From NCBI GenBank assembly GCA_964631415.1, contig CAZVZC010000002.1:1-28637 (forward strand): 28,637 nucleotides of DNA, given 5' to 3'. The stretch is from an uncultured archaeon (GTDB taxonomy: Archaea > Asgardarchaeota > Thorarchaeia > Thorarchaeales > Thorarchaeaceae). Below, one piece after another: positions 17,010 to 25,925 of the stretch. How positions within the stretch are numbered: position 1 is the first letter of the stretch; each line of letters opens with the position of its first letter. Under the pieces are notes generated by a model. The model was given only the letters and a program-made list of their open reading frames with translations, did no database searches and was not told where the DNA came from. A program made the translations under genes and the position numbers.

Positions 17010-17741
17010 TCACTTCTTTGCGGCTCGCCCAACGTTACTCATGTATACTACGGCCTCTTGGATCCCGTCGGCTTCAATCAGCTCATCCATCTCATTGTCA
17101 TAGAAGGCGCCAATCTGGCAGGTTGAGAGACCGATGGCCTCCGCGGCAATGGCCAGGTTCTGTGCGATGTGCCCTACGTCCATGTACGCATACCTGTATG
17201 CACGATCCAGATACTTCCAGACACACCTAGGAAAGACAGCTGACCAGATGAAGACGACTGCAGAACGCGCGGCCATTTCCTGATCCAATGCCGCGGCTGC
17301 CACCGCTCTTGTTAGGTCGCCTTTCCTCATAACCTCAAGCTTGCGGCATCGGACATCGTAATGATACAGACCTTGCTCAAGGTCTGTGATCCGGTTCACA
17401 CAGACATAGGTCTCAATCGGATACAGGGCACCAGCGGAGGGAGCAGTCCGCAGTCCGTCCCTGAGCTGAGCAGTGATCCCCTGCGTTGCCCAGAGGAGCT
17501 GCGACAACTCCTGTTTTGTCACTGGCGTCTGGCTATAGGCTCTGACGCTTCTCCTTTTGCGGAGAGCTTCCCAGATTCCCGGGCCTCCAGATGTTTCGGC
17601 CGGGGGTAGAGCAACAGTTTCCCTTCCGGGATACTCCTTGAACGTCGCGGGCTTAGTAGCCCAGTCCAGAGTGTGGGAGGGCATCTTTCCTCGTACGTAC
17701 CCGCTCTTCGCATGAAAGTCGTGGCCAGCAGACGGAACCAT
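17010..17741 (-). CDS. SagB/ThcOx-family FMN-dependent nitroreductase-fold dehydrogenase
   Basis: 'RRSVRAY', 'LSQLLWATQG', 'RTAPSAGALYPIETY', 'GLYHY', 'KY.DRAYRY..MDVGHIAQN', 'IGAFYD'. Confidence 0.9.
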   Translation of the reverse strand: MVPSAGHDFHAKSGYVRGKMPSHTLDWATKPATFKEYPGRETVALPPAETSGGPGIWEALRKRRSVRAYSQTPVTKQELSQLLWATQGITAQLRDGLRTAPSAGALYPIETYVCVNRITDLEQGLYHYDVRCRKLEVMRKGDLTRAVAAAALDQEMAARSAVVFIWSAVFPRCVWKYLDRAYRYAYMDVGHIAQNLAIAAEAIGLSTCQIGAFYDNEMDELIEADGIQEAVVYMSNVGRAAKK

Positions 17742-17921
17742 AGCACATCAGCCGAGAGCCAGTCGAGCTTCCTTATCAACTAAAGGGCGGGTGTTGCACT
17801 GGTGAGAAGATCAGCCGTGCGGCTGTGTAGGCATAGGTTTTAATCGAGGCTGCAGACCAGCTCGCCCAGTCAGACTAACACAGCGAGGTCTGCCACAGAT
17901 CAAGTTTAGGGGCTCGTCACT

Positions 17922-19355
17922 ATGCCTGAGAAGAAACCTGCTGCTCCAAAGAAGGAGCCTGAAAAAAAGGTCGAGAAGACAGCTGAACCACCGAAGGCCG
18001 AAGAGAAGCTCACGGTAGAGGATCTCAAGAAGAGGGCTGAGAAGCCGGGAAAGGACGCCATGATACTCCACCCATTCTACAAGGGGAAGATCATGAGCAT
18101 TGGCAAGTGTCCAGTGCGCGAGTTCAGCGACTTCGCCATTTGGTATACACCCGGTGTGGCAAAGCCATGCCTAGCGATAAGGGATAACGAAGACTTGGCA
18201 TATGAGATGACCAACAAAGGCAACATGGTCGCTGTCGTGAGTGATGGTACAAGGGTCCTGGGCCTTGGTGACATAGGTCCGTACGGAGCAGGCCCGGTCA
18301 TGGAAGGCAAAGCACTTCTGTTCAAGTATCTGGGAGGAGTGGATGCTTGGCCGATATGTCTGGACTCCAAGGACCCTGCAAAAATCATTGAAACTGTTAA
18401 GCTTATTCAGCCATCGTTCGGGGGCATCAACCTTGAGGACATTGAGAAGCCGAAATGCTACGAGGTCCTCGAGACCCTTCGGAAAGACCCCAAGGTGAAG
18501 ATTCCCGTATGGCATGATGATGCCCAAGGTACTGCAACAGTCGTGCTGGCCGGTGTTATGGGCGGGCTCAGAGTTGTCAAGAAAGACATTAGGAACGTCA
18601 GAGTCGCAATGCTCGGGGTTGGCTCTGCTAACACCCGTACCGCATATCTCATGTTTGCCGCTGGGGTCAATCCAAAGAACGTCATCCTTGTCGACACTAA
18701 GGGAGCAATCTATGCAGACCGTGAGGACATCGTCAAGGAACGTGACGAGGACAAGTTCAAGTATGACCTAGCACAGAAGACAAACCCCGATAGGATGACC
18801 GGAGACCTCGGACAGGTCATAAAGGGAGCTGACATTCTGATCAGTGCGGCGACGCCCGTGCCCGGCAGTGTGAAGAAGGAGTGGGTCGCTAAGATGGCAA
18901 AGGACTCCATTGTCTTCGCTTGTGCCAACCCCTACCCTGAGATATGGCCGTGGGATGCGCTTGACGCCGGTGCGAAAATCGTCGGTACTGGACGCAGTGA
19001 CTTCGACAATCAGATCAACAACTCACTTGGCTTCCCGGGTATCTTCAGGGGCACACTCGATGTTCAGGCTCGAACCATAACTGACGAGATGTGCATTGCG
19101 GCCTCTCAAGCCCTAGCGGATCTCGGTGCCAAAGAAGCGTCCCCGAAACACGTCATTCCCACGATGTCCCGATGGGAACTGTATCCAAAGGAGGCCACGG
19201 CGGTCGGCATGAAGGCAATAGAGCAAGGCATTGCCCGGAAACAGTGGGAGGAGAAGGACCTGTACAAGCATGCAGAAGATGTCATCAGGACTGCGCGCGC
19301 GGCCTCAGAGATGCTCTACAAGCAGGGCCATATTCCAAAGGCTCCACCAACATAG
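17922..19355 (+). CDS. NAD(P)-dependent malic enzyme
   Basis: 'YTPGVA', '[16 protein letters not shown]', '[11 protein letters not shown]', 'GGINLEDI', 'PVWHDD.QGT', 'ANP.PEI', '[22 protein letters not shown]'. N-terminal K/E/P-rich tail. Confidence 0.95.
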   Translation: MPEKKPAAPKKEPEKKVEKTAEPPKAEEKLTVEDLKKRAEKPGKDAMILHPFYKGKIMSIGKCPVREFSDFAIWYTPGVAKPCLAIRDNEDLAYEMTNKGNMVAVVSDGTRVLGLGDIGPYGAGPVMEGKALLFKYLGGVDAWPICLDSKDPAKIIETVKLIQPSFGGINLEDIEKPKCYEVLETLRKDPKVKIPVWHDDAQGTATVVLAGVMGGLRVVKKDIRNVRVAMLGVGSANTRTAYLMFAAGVNPKNVILVDTKGAIYADREDIVKERDEDKFKYDLAQKTNPDRMTGDLGQVIKGADILISAATPVPGSVKKEWVAKMAKDSIVFACANPYPEIWPWDALDAGAKIVGTGRSDFDNQINNSLGFPGIFRGTLDVQARTITDEMCIAASQALADLGAKEASPKHVIPTMSRWELYPKEATAVGMKAIEQGIARKQWEEKDLYKHAEDVIRTARAASEMLYKQGHIPKAPPT

Positions 19356-19370
19356 TCAAAGCAAGGTAAC

Positions 19371-19406
19371 TGCCGCGGATTCTCCGCCGCGGCATCTACT
19401 CTTTCT
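19371..19406 (+). terminator. GC-rich hairpin plus pyrimidine tract between convergent genes
   Basis: tgccgcgg-N8-ccgcggca (19371-19394) followed by tctactctttct. Confidence 0.5.
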
Positions 19407-19455
19407 AAAGAACACTACTAGGATAACATCTCCTACTTGTGCGGCTATACGCCCA

Positions 19456-21438
19456 CTACCTAATGCGACGCCAGAAAATGAATGAGCCCACTCCAACGGG
19501 CGTCATGATGATTAGACCAATCACGAGAAGAAGATTGATCCGGGGATTGGGATCTGGACCGTCCCACAGGACGTCTGCATCGTTATCCGGGACCAGTGGG
19601 TTCGATCCTTCAAGGAGCTCTAACTGGTCACGCAAACCATCTGAGTCGGTGTCCGGACTATTAGGATTCATTCCCATTGACACCTCAATCGAATCTAGCA
19701 CCCCGTCGTTATCCCCATCAGCTGAGAGAGGATTGGCCCCGTGCTCATACTCCTCTATGTTTGTCAGTGTGTCATTGTCTGGGTCAAGTGCTGCATCATT
19801 GACGAGAGGATTGGTGTCATAGTCCACTTCCCATCCGTCGGGCATTCCGTCAGAATCGGTATCGCTGTTGAGCGGATGTGTGCCGAGGGCTATCTCACGG
19901 AAGCTTGTGAGACCGTCAGCATCAGGATCCTCGTCTGCGTCGTTCCGCAGGGGGTCCAAGCCATATTTGACTTCAACCGAGTCACCCATCATGTCTGAGT
20001 CAGTGTCGGGCTTGAATATGTCAGTGCCATGAACCGTTTCGTCGGCGTCGCTCAGTCCATCGCCATCCCAGTCAAGAGGTGGCTCTGGGCTGGGCCAAGT
20101 ATACTGGAACGAATCGAGCATGCCATTGCCATCTGTATCCGAATCATAATCGATGTACAGCGCGATATTGGCTGAAGAGTTTCCTTGGTTGACGACCCGA
20201 ACATCCACGGGTCCCAACTCGGCAGGTAGTTCACATGTGATGGTGAAGTTGCCAATGGGAATCGCTGTTGAGTCAAGCAGAAATGTCGTCTTGTTGAAGA
20301 CCCGGACTGAAAGACTACTGTTCTCTGAGGAAACGCCTCTCATTGAGAGCACTTGGGGGACAGTCATGACAGCCCTGAGAGTCATCTCTTCTCCCGGACC
20401 GATGGTGCGTTGGAGCTTCTGTGTCGACCTTTGACCGTTTCCCTGCATCGAGAGGTAGACTGCTACAGAGGCAGCGGCTCTTGCGACCAAGAAGGCTTGG
20501 GTTGTATTGAAGTGGGGATTATTGAGGGAATCTACAAATGGATCTTCCGGATTGGGAGTATGGCCGCTCTTGACATTGACTGCTGGAAGCCATTGACCCC
20601 AGAAAGACCATTGATCAGTCTGGGTGCCAACCTCTTCAACAGCAGACATTATGTCAAGTCCTGACAGCTTCATGAAGGTGACAAGAAGGTCTGCCAAGTA
20701 CCCCGTCGAGTGGTAGCCAAAAAGAACAGCCGTACGGTATTCTGCAACAAGGCGTTGCGTTTCACTCTGGGCCAAGTTCCTGAAGAGTAGTTCATCGAAG
20801 TTATAGAAGGCTATGACATCAACACCCTCTTCGACCAAGTGGGCAGAGATTTCCCGGGAACCCCACATTGCCCTATTCTTCTGTTGGTCATCTAGGAACT
20901 GCATGTTGCCTGCAAAAAAGCAGTAATAGACGTCGATAGGAAGTCTAAATCGGGAGAGTATGCTGGCGACGGTCGCGACGACCGCACAGCCACCCAGATT
21001 CTGGTGTATGCCAATGGAGCTTGGGGCTGAATCCAGATGGGCTCCAAAGACAATCGCCCGGCTGTCGTTGCCATAGCCTTGTTGATGACCCAGAACAGAG
21101 TCGTGATTGCCGTAGTAGGTTATTGTGATTCCCATCGACGATAGGAGGTCAATCAACCAGTCGCCCGCGAGGTAGTACCCAGGATCTCCGTCATATCGCG
21201 GCCCGTAGCCGGCGATCACCTGAAGTGGTGTGAGCAGATCGCCCTTGGTCCCGAGCTCGGACGCTATGTCCCACCAGTTCAGGTTGTTGAATGGATGGGG
21301 GGACAAAGGCGTCGTTCCATCTTGATCGCCATTTCCTGGCGGAGCCCTGAATGAAGGCAGCAAGATGACTGCCACAGCCATGACCACGACTGCAGCGACC
21401 ACAAGTGAGGACGCTTTACGTCGGTTCATGGTTGTCAT
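19456..21438 (-). CDS. Membrane-anchored extracellular protein: M28 peptidase-fold domain with degenerate active site, beta domain, Asp-rich Ca-binding repeats, C-terminal TM
   Basis: Signal/anchor 'MNRRKASSLVVAAVVVMAVAVILLP', 'IVFGAHLDS', 'YNFD', DxDxDG repeats, TM plus 'WRRIR'. ORF track start 21483; 21438 or 21429 is more likely. Confidence 0.8.
   Translation of the reverse strand: MTTMNRRKASSLVVAAVVVMAVAVILLPSFRAPPGNGDQDGTTPLSPHPFNNLNWWDIASELGTKGDLLTPLQVIAGYGPRYDGDPGYYLAGDWLIDLLSSMGITITYYGNHDSVLGHQQGYGNDSRAIVFGAHLDSAPSSIGIHQNLGGCAVVATVASILSRFRLPIDVYYCFFAGNMQFLDDQQKNRAMWGSREISAHLVEEGVDVIAFYNFDELLFRNLAQSETQRLVAEYRTAVLFGYHSTGYLADLLVTFMKLSGLDIMSAVEEVGTQTDQWSFWGQWLPAVNVKSGHTPNPEDPFVDSLNNPHFNTTQAFLVARAAASVAVYLSMQGNGQRSTQKLQRTIGPGEEMTLRAVMTVPQVLSMRGVSSENSSLSVRVFNKTTFLLDSTAIPIGNFTITCELPAELGPVDVRVVNQGNSSANIALYIDYDSDTDGNGMLDSFQYTWPSPEPPLDWDGDGLSDADETVHGTDIFKPDTDSDMMGDSVEVKYGLDPLRNDADEDPDADGLTSFREIALGTHPLNSDTDSDGMPDGWEVDYDTNPLVNDAALDPDNDTLTNIEEYEHGANPLSADGDNDGVLDSIEVSMGMNPNSPDTDSDGLRDQLELLEGSNPLVPDNDADVLWDGPDPNPRINLLLVIGLIIMTPVGVGSFIFWRRIR
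19540..20150 (-). repeat. Bacterial thrombospondin type-3-like Ca-binding repeats (protein level)
   Basis: About ten DxD(G/S/N)D(G)(L/M)xDxxE...GxxP units, e.g. DGDGLSDADE, DADGLTSFRE, DSDGMPDGWE, DNDGVLDSIE, DSDGLRDQLE. Confidence 0.85.
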
Positions 21439-21644
21439 GTCCTGAGCCAGTCGAGGGTCACCCGCAGACCCGATAATGCACATAAATACGCACCGAAAAG
21501 AGCACTGACCAGCGCAGCACTGAAGCGGAAGAGTGTGCGTCCATTGTGCATCATCCTCACGTATTATAAAGCGTGAGAGTCACTGGAAATCGGCAGACCT
21601 TTTTCTACAAGAGGTCCGCAACCTCAGCGAAGGTGTTCCACCAA

Positions 21645-22763
21645 GTGTCATCAAACGCATCTTATGAGAAATGCGTCCGTTGTGGCTCATGCATGAAACT
21701 ATGCCCCATCTTTGATGTCATGGGTGAAGAACAGTATTCTCCTAGAGGCAAAATATACCTACTTCAGATCATGGATCAGGTCGAGTCGGACCCAGAGGCC
21801 GCGAAGGAGTTCAGGAGACTGCTATTTCAATGCGCCATGTGCGGTAGATGTAACGAGGCGTGTTCATCGGATGTTGACTTGCTCAAGGTCTGGCATGAGC
21901 AGAGAGCCAAGGCAATTGAAACTTCTCCTGAGGAGTTCCAATACCTTGATGCATTGAAGGACTCTCTTGAGAACGTGAAGAACATCTATGGCTTGTCCCC
22001 CGAAGATAGGGCGGTCTATTGGCTTGATGAGCTGGAGGGCGAGATACCCCACATCCAAGACAGGGTGTTCTCCAAAGGGAAGACTGCGGAGCTTTTGGTC
22101 TTCTTGGGCTGTCTGATGTCGTTCAGGGGGACTCAGGTCGATGTCCTCAAAGCACTGTTCAAGACACTTGAAACTCTCAAAGTCGACTACCTCGTTATGG
22201 GGGCGGAAGAATTCTGTTGTGGTCATCCTCTAGACCTGATGGGATATGAGAAGGGCACCAAAGACCTGAGAACTCACAACCGAAGTGTAATCGAAGACGC
22301 GCATGCCAAGAAGGTTATCACCTGTTGCCCGGGGTGCCTGATTCAGCTGTCTAGGAATCATGGACTCCAAGGAGTCGAAGTGATTCATCATACGCAGTTT
22401 CTCGATCGTCTGCTGAAAACGATACCAAAGTACAGACAAACCGAGAAGTTCGTCTATCATGATCCATGTGAACTCCATAGGATATGCGGAGTAAAGACAG
22501 AGCCCAGGTCCCTACTGAAGAAGATGGGAGTGCAGTTCCGGGAACTGGAACTGAGCTGTTGCGGCGGTGGCGGGCTGCTCAGAATGACCGATCCCAACCT
22601 CAGTGAAAAGATAATGCAGCTTCGTGCGGCACGCGAGCATCTCAAAGACGCCACAATCATCACTGCTTGTCCATCTTGCAGAGAACAGCTTCTGCTCAAC
22701 GACTTGAAGACAAGAGACATAGTCGAGCTCGTCTACGAGGCGCTGCAGGAGCGTGAGGTGTGA
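21645..22763 (+). CDS. Fe-S oxidoreductase subunit, GlcF/HdrD-like (2x[4Fe-4S] plus two CCG domains)
   Basis: CxxCxxCxxxC twice (CVRCGSCMKLC, CAMCGRCNEAC), 'SPRGK', 'EFCCG', 'CPGC', 'YHDPC', 'CCGGGG', 'ACPSC'. TTATAAA at 21564-21570 and AGGTG RBS favour GTG 21645; ORF track 21573. Confidence 0.9.
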   Translation: MSSNASYEKCVRCGSCMKLCPIFDVMGEEQYSPRGKIYLLQIMDQVESDPEAAKEFRRLLFQCAMCGRCNEACSSDVDLLKVWHEQRAKAIETSPEEFQYLDALKDSLENVKNIYGLSPEDRAVYWLDELEGEIPHIQDRVFSKGKTAELLVFLGCLMSFRGTQVDVLKALFKTLETLKVDYLVMGAEEFCCGHPLDLMGYEKGTKDLRTHNRSVIEDAHAKKVITCCPGCLIQLSRNHGLQGVEVIHHTQFLDRLLKTIPKYRQTEKFVYHDPCELHRICGVKTEPRSLLKKMGVQFRELELSCCGGGGLLRMTDPNLSEKIMQLRAAREHLKDATIITACPSCREQLLLNDLKTRDIVELVYEALQEREV

Positions 22764-24101
22764 TTGAAGCTCAGAGACATCGTCATCGGCGCAAACGCCT
22801 CAATCTACTATCGCATGGACTTCACCAAGATTAAGGGTGTTTTCTATCCCGGAACCGAAAATGAGGTGCTTCAGGCGATAGCTACGGCCCGAGAGAAGGG
22901 CTACGATGTGACGCCCAAGGGCGGAGGATCAGGACTCAGCGGCGCTTGTACCGGAGGCGACCGCGACAGGGTCATGATAAGCAGTCTCCGGATGAGGGAG
23001 ATACTCTCTGTTTCGAAGGACCAAGGCTTCGTGGATGTCCAGCCCGGAGCAACTCCAGACGAGATTAATGCTCTACTGGCTTCATCAAAGATGAAGTTCT
23101 ACGTGACGCCCAGTAGTAGAGATGTTGCGACTGTGGGCGGGATGCTGAACACAGACGCCGGTGGAAATGATGCATGGGTCAATGGCACTATGCGCGACAA
23201 CACCCTCAGAGTCAAGATGATCCTCTATGATGGCCGACGTATCAGCATTGACAGAGATGGCACCAGATCAGACGATTCAGAACTTGAGGCCGGGCTGAAC
23301 GGAGCAAACATGGGAATGCACGATATCTCCGGTGCTCATGGAACCTTGGGGTTCGTGACGGAACTGCGTCTCGCCATCAGACCTGTCACTCGCGAAACCC
23401 TTGTGGGAGGCCTTGCAGAGTATAACAGCTGTGATGAGCTCGGTAGAGTTCTTCGTCGCATGATTGAGTCCGAGAGTCCGATAAGGTATGGAGAGGCGGT
23501 TGTGTCTGCCCATCCCGATGTCCGCGGTGACCTGAAGCCGCCCATGCTTATACTCGAATTCCCTGAGAGCTACGAGTCCGAGCTTCGACGGATCACGGAC
23601 ATGAAGAGACTCCCGGACAGTGAACTGGCGAGGCTCAAGGACATTCGATTGAAGCTGCCCAAGCGCAACCCGAAGACAGGACTTCAGATGGCTCTCTTCG
23701 AAGACTATGGTTTCTTTGGGAAGAGTCTGACTAGGATGCAGCGTGGAGTCGATAGGATAGATTCACTCCTGGAGAAGCATGGGTTCACACCTTTTGCGAA
23801 GTACGGTCATGCACCCAGCAAGTGGTACCTAGGTGACAACACTCCAGCGTATGGAATCATAATGCACTCCAGAGAGATTCGGCCCGAAACAAAGACCAAG
23901 GCTCAGATTTTCGAAGCCGTGCTTGACATAGTACGCATGTGTGAGAAGATGGGAATAACACCAAAACCCGAACACAAGTGGCCTTACAGTGACAAGGTCA
24001 AGCTGGCCAGGATTCAGGAACTGAGAGAGATCATAGGCGGAGGGTTCAACACATTCCTTCTCCAGCCTAACTGCAACGAAGTTCTAAGCTCCATGGTGTA
24101 G
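22764..24101 (+). CDS. FAD-binding oxidoreductase, GlcD/D-2-hydroxyacid dehydrogenase-like (VAO/PCMH fold)
   Basis: 'P.GGGSGLSG', 'VQPG', 'ATVGGMLNTDAGG', 'G..GTLGFVTE', metal-site-like 'GHA...H...EH'. Confidence 0.85.
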   Translation: MKLRDIVIGANASIYYRMDFTKIKGVFYPGTENEVLQAIATAREKGYDVTPKGGGSGLSGACTGGDRDRVMISSLRMREILSVSKDQGFVDVQPGATPDEINALLASSKMKFYVTPSSRDVATVGGMLNTDAGGNDAWVNGTMRDNTLRVKMILYDGRRISIDRDGTRSDDSELEAGLNGANMGMHDISGAHGTLGFVTELRLAIRPVTRETLVGGLAEYNSCDELGRVLRRMIESESPIRYGEAVVSAHPDVRGDLKPPMLILEFPESYESELRRITDMKRLPDSELARLKDIRLKLPKRNPKTGLQMALFEDYGFFGKSLTRMQRGVDRIDSLLEKHGFTPFAKYGHAPSKWYLGDNTPAYGIIMHSREIRPETKTKAQIFEAVLDIVRMCEKMGITPKPEHKWPYSDKVKLARIQELREIIGGGFNTFLLQPNCNEVLSSMV

Positions 24102-24141
24102 CAGTACACGGAATACTTTCGGTTATGCGTCTCTTGGGTGG

Positions 24142-24149
24142 TTTATATA
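24142..24149 (+). promoter_or_regulatory. TATA box of the cdc6-like gene
   Basis: Consensus TTTATATA ending 23 nt before ATG 24172 (leaderless geometry). Confidence 0.6.
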
Positions 24150-24171
24150 CGCTCAGGAGGACAAACGGCTG

Positions 24172-25314
24172 ATGAACATGAGCAGGCCACAACGCAGTCC
24201 AAAGGGGTTGTTTGACCCGTACTATGTGCCTGAGACACTGCTTTACCGTGACAGGGAACTTGACGCAATAACTGGCGTATACAAGGACGCCTATGAAGAG
24301 GAGTACGGCGTCAACTGCCTTGTCCATGGGATCACTGGTGTCGGCATGACAGTCTTCTCACGCTACTTCCTGACTAAGGTCATCCCTGAACGCTTCGATG
24401 CACACACGATATACGTGGATGCCAAGAGCAAGGACGTTCTCGAGATTGTATCAGAGCTGAACGACGCCATCCACAGGAAGGAGAACAAGCCGATCACAGT
24501 GGCCTTCGACGCGGATGTTCTTTGGATGCACTTCAAGCGTATGGCATCAGGTGCGGGGAAGAGAACAGTATTCGTGATTGACAACATCGACGAGGGAAAC
24601 GAGGAGCTGTACTCGAAACTCGCCCGTCTATCTAAGGAGATCAAAGCGAGCACAATAGGCGTACTGAACAGTCATGACTACAGGCTGTTGACAAAGGCAC
24701 CAGCTACACAGATGGCCTATGACTTTGAGGTCCACCTCGACACATACACACAGTCACAGCTGTATGACATAGTGAGGATGAGAGTAGAAGACACGTTTCC
24801 CCTCGGCCTCACAGAAGAGGTTCTCCGCTACATCACAGACATCGTCTGTGAATTCGATGCCTCCAAGCCAAAGACATCAATAGAGGCACTCAAAGCACTC
24901 TGGCCTCTGTCTCAACGCGGCCAAGAGATTGACTCAGACGCAGTCCGTGCAGCGACGGCGCGAATAGTATCGCTGGGACATGACCAAGACTACTTGGACG
25001 TGGTCGACACAATCAGCACGAACGACTTCATGACGTTGCTCGTGCTTGAGGTGATGTCAGAGCATCTCATGAGATACAGGACGGAAACCTATGTAGACCG
25101 CCAAACACTGAACGAGAATGTCATGATAAAGTGCGAAGAACTTGGCATCAACTACACACCTGACGACATTGACAGGAGCCTTCAAACTCTGATATTCCAG
25201 AGTATTGTCTTCGAATCTGGGTACTCGCGCAACCTGCTCTATATCCTAGTGCCTCCTGAGGTGCTATATGACGCAGCTATGAGCATGAGGCGAGAACTCA
25301 CTAGGAGAAAATGA
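24172..25314 (+). CDS. Orc1/Cdc6-family protein with degenerate ATPase motifs
   Basis: 'FDPYYVPETLLYRDREL', 'LVHG.TGVG.T', 'VFVID.ID', 'YTQSQLYDIV..R', C-terminal winged-helix-sized region. Walker A K->M, Walker B E->N. Confidence 0.85.
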   Translation: MNMSRPQRSPKGLFDPYYVPETLLYRDRELDAITGVYKDAYEEEYGVNCLVHGITGVGMTVFSRYFLTKVIPERFDAHTIYVDAKSKDVLEIVSELNDAIHRKENKPITVAFDADVLWMHFKRMASGAGKRTVFVIDNIDEGNEELYSKLARLSKEIKASTIGVLNSHDYRLLTKAPATQMAYDFEVHLDTYTQSQLYDIVRMRVEDTFPLGLTEEVLRYITDIVCEFDASKPKTSIEALKALWPLSQRGQEIDSDAVRAATARIVSLGHDQDYLDVVDTISTNDFMTLLVLEVMSEHLMRYRTETYVDRQTLNENVMIKCEELGINYTPDDIDRSLQTLIFQSIVFESGYSRNLLYILVPPEVLYDAAMSMRRELTRRK

Positions 25315-25318
25315 GAGA

Positions 25319-25343
25319 GTGTGACCGGTTTCACCGGCCACAC
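25319..25343 (-). terminator. Hairpin between convergent cdc6-like and gcvH-like genes
   Basis: gtgtgaccggt-ttc-accggccacac, an 11-bp stem with one G-U pair on the - strand, followed on - by ctctcattttct. Confidence 0.55.
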
Positions 25344-25356
25344 ATGCGATCGTGTA

Positions 25357-25782
25357 CTACTTCTTCTTCTTCTCAGCAAACTCTTTCTTGACCCATGCCT
25401 CAAGCCCGGTCGCACCCTGCATCGTCTTGAGCTCGGCATCGAGTTTCGTGGGCTCGATGACTGCTATCCAGCCCTTGCCGTATGGGTCTTCGTTGAGAAG
25501 GCCGGGGTTGTTCTTGAGATCCTCGTTTATTGCCTTGAGCATGCCGGTCACTGGAGACTTCACTGGTCCAGTCCACTTGCCCGACTCGAGCGTCCCAATG
25601 CTCTTGCCCGCTTCAATCGGCTTACCCGCCGGTCTCAGCCGGACGAACTTGATCTTCCCCGCGAGGTCCATGCCGAAGGGTGTGAATCCAATCCTTACGG
25701 TCTTGTCCTCTTTCTTCAACCAGATCTGGTCGTTTGTGTAGAACAGGCTGTCTGGAAAATCGAAGCCTTCGTGCTTGACCAT
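25357..25782 (-). CDS. gcvH: Glycine cleavage H-like lipoyl carrier protein
   Basis: 'P..L.Y.....W', 'VRIGFT', lipoyl-Lys 'LESGKW', 'SPVTG....IN..L...PGLLNEDPYGKGW'. AGGTGA RBS. Confidence 0.85.
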   Translation of the reverse strand: MVKHEGFDFPDSLFYTNDQIWLKKEDKTVRIGFTPFGMDLAGKIKFVRLRPAGKPIEAGKSIGTLESGKWTGPVKSPVTGMLKAINEDLKNNPGLLNEDPYGKGWIAVIEPTKLDAELKTMQGATGLEAWVKKEFAEKKKK

Positions 25783-25925
25783 TCTCGTGTCACCTAGGAT
25801 GGGTTCAGCGGGTGGTCCTTAAGTCAGTTTCGGACCAGTTTGTCGGACAAGTACTGAAGGGCGCTTCTCTGGTGCCGGCCACGATTGGGGGTCGTTATAG
25901 CCTGTAATGACGGCTTATTATTGGG

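Noticed and set aside
17010-17741. RiPP/azole biosynthetic cluster around the SagB-like gene
   Set aside because: No YcaO, precursor peptide or maturation genes; stand-alone SagB-family genes are common in archaea.
19540-20150. Periodic DNA similarity as a CRISPR array or tandem DNA repeat
   Set aside because: Degenerate, in-frame, and explained by Asp-rich protein repeats.
24102-24171. Replication origin next to the cdc6-like gene
   Set aside because: Flanking gaps are only ~70 and ~40 nt, with no ORB-like repeats or AT-rich unwinding element.
25321-25797. 158-aa and 129-aa + strand ORFs
   Set aside because: Antisense to the clear H-protein gene.
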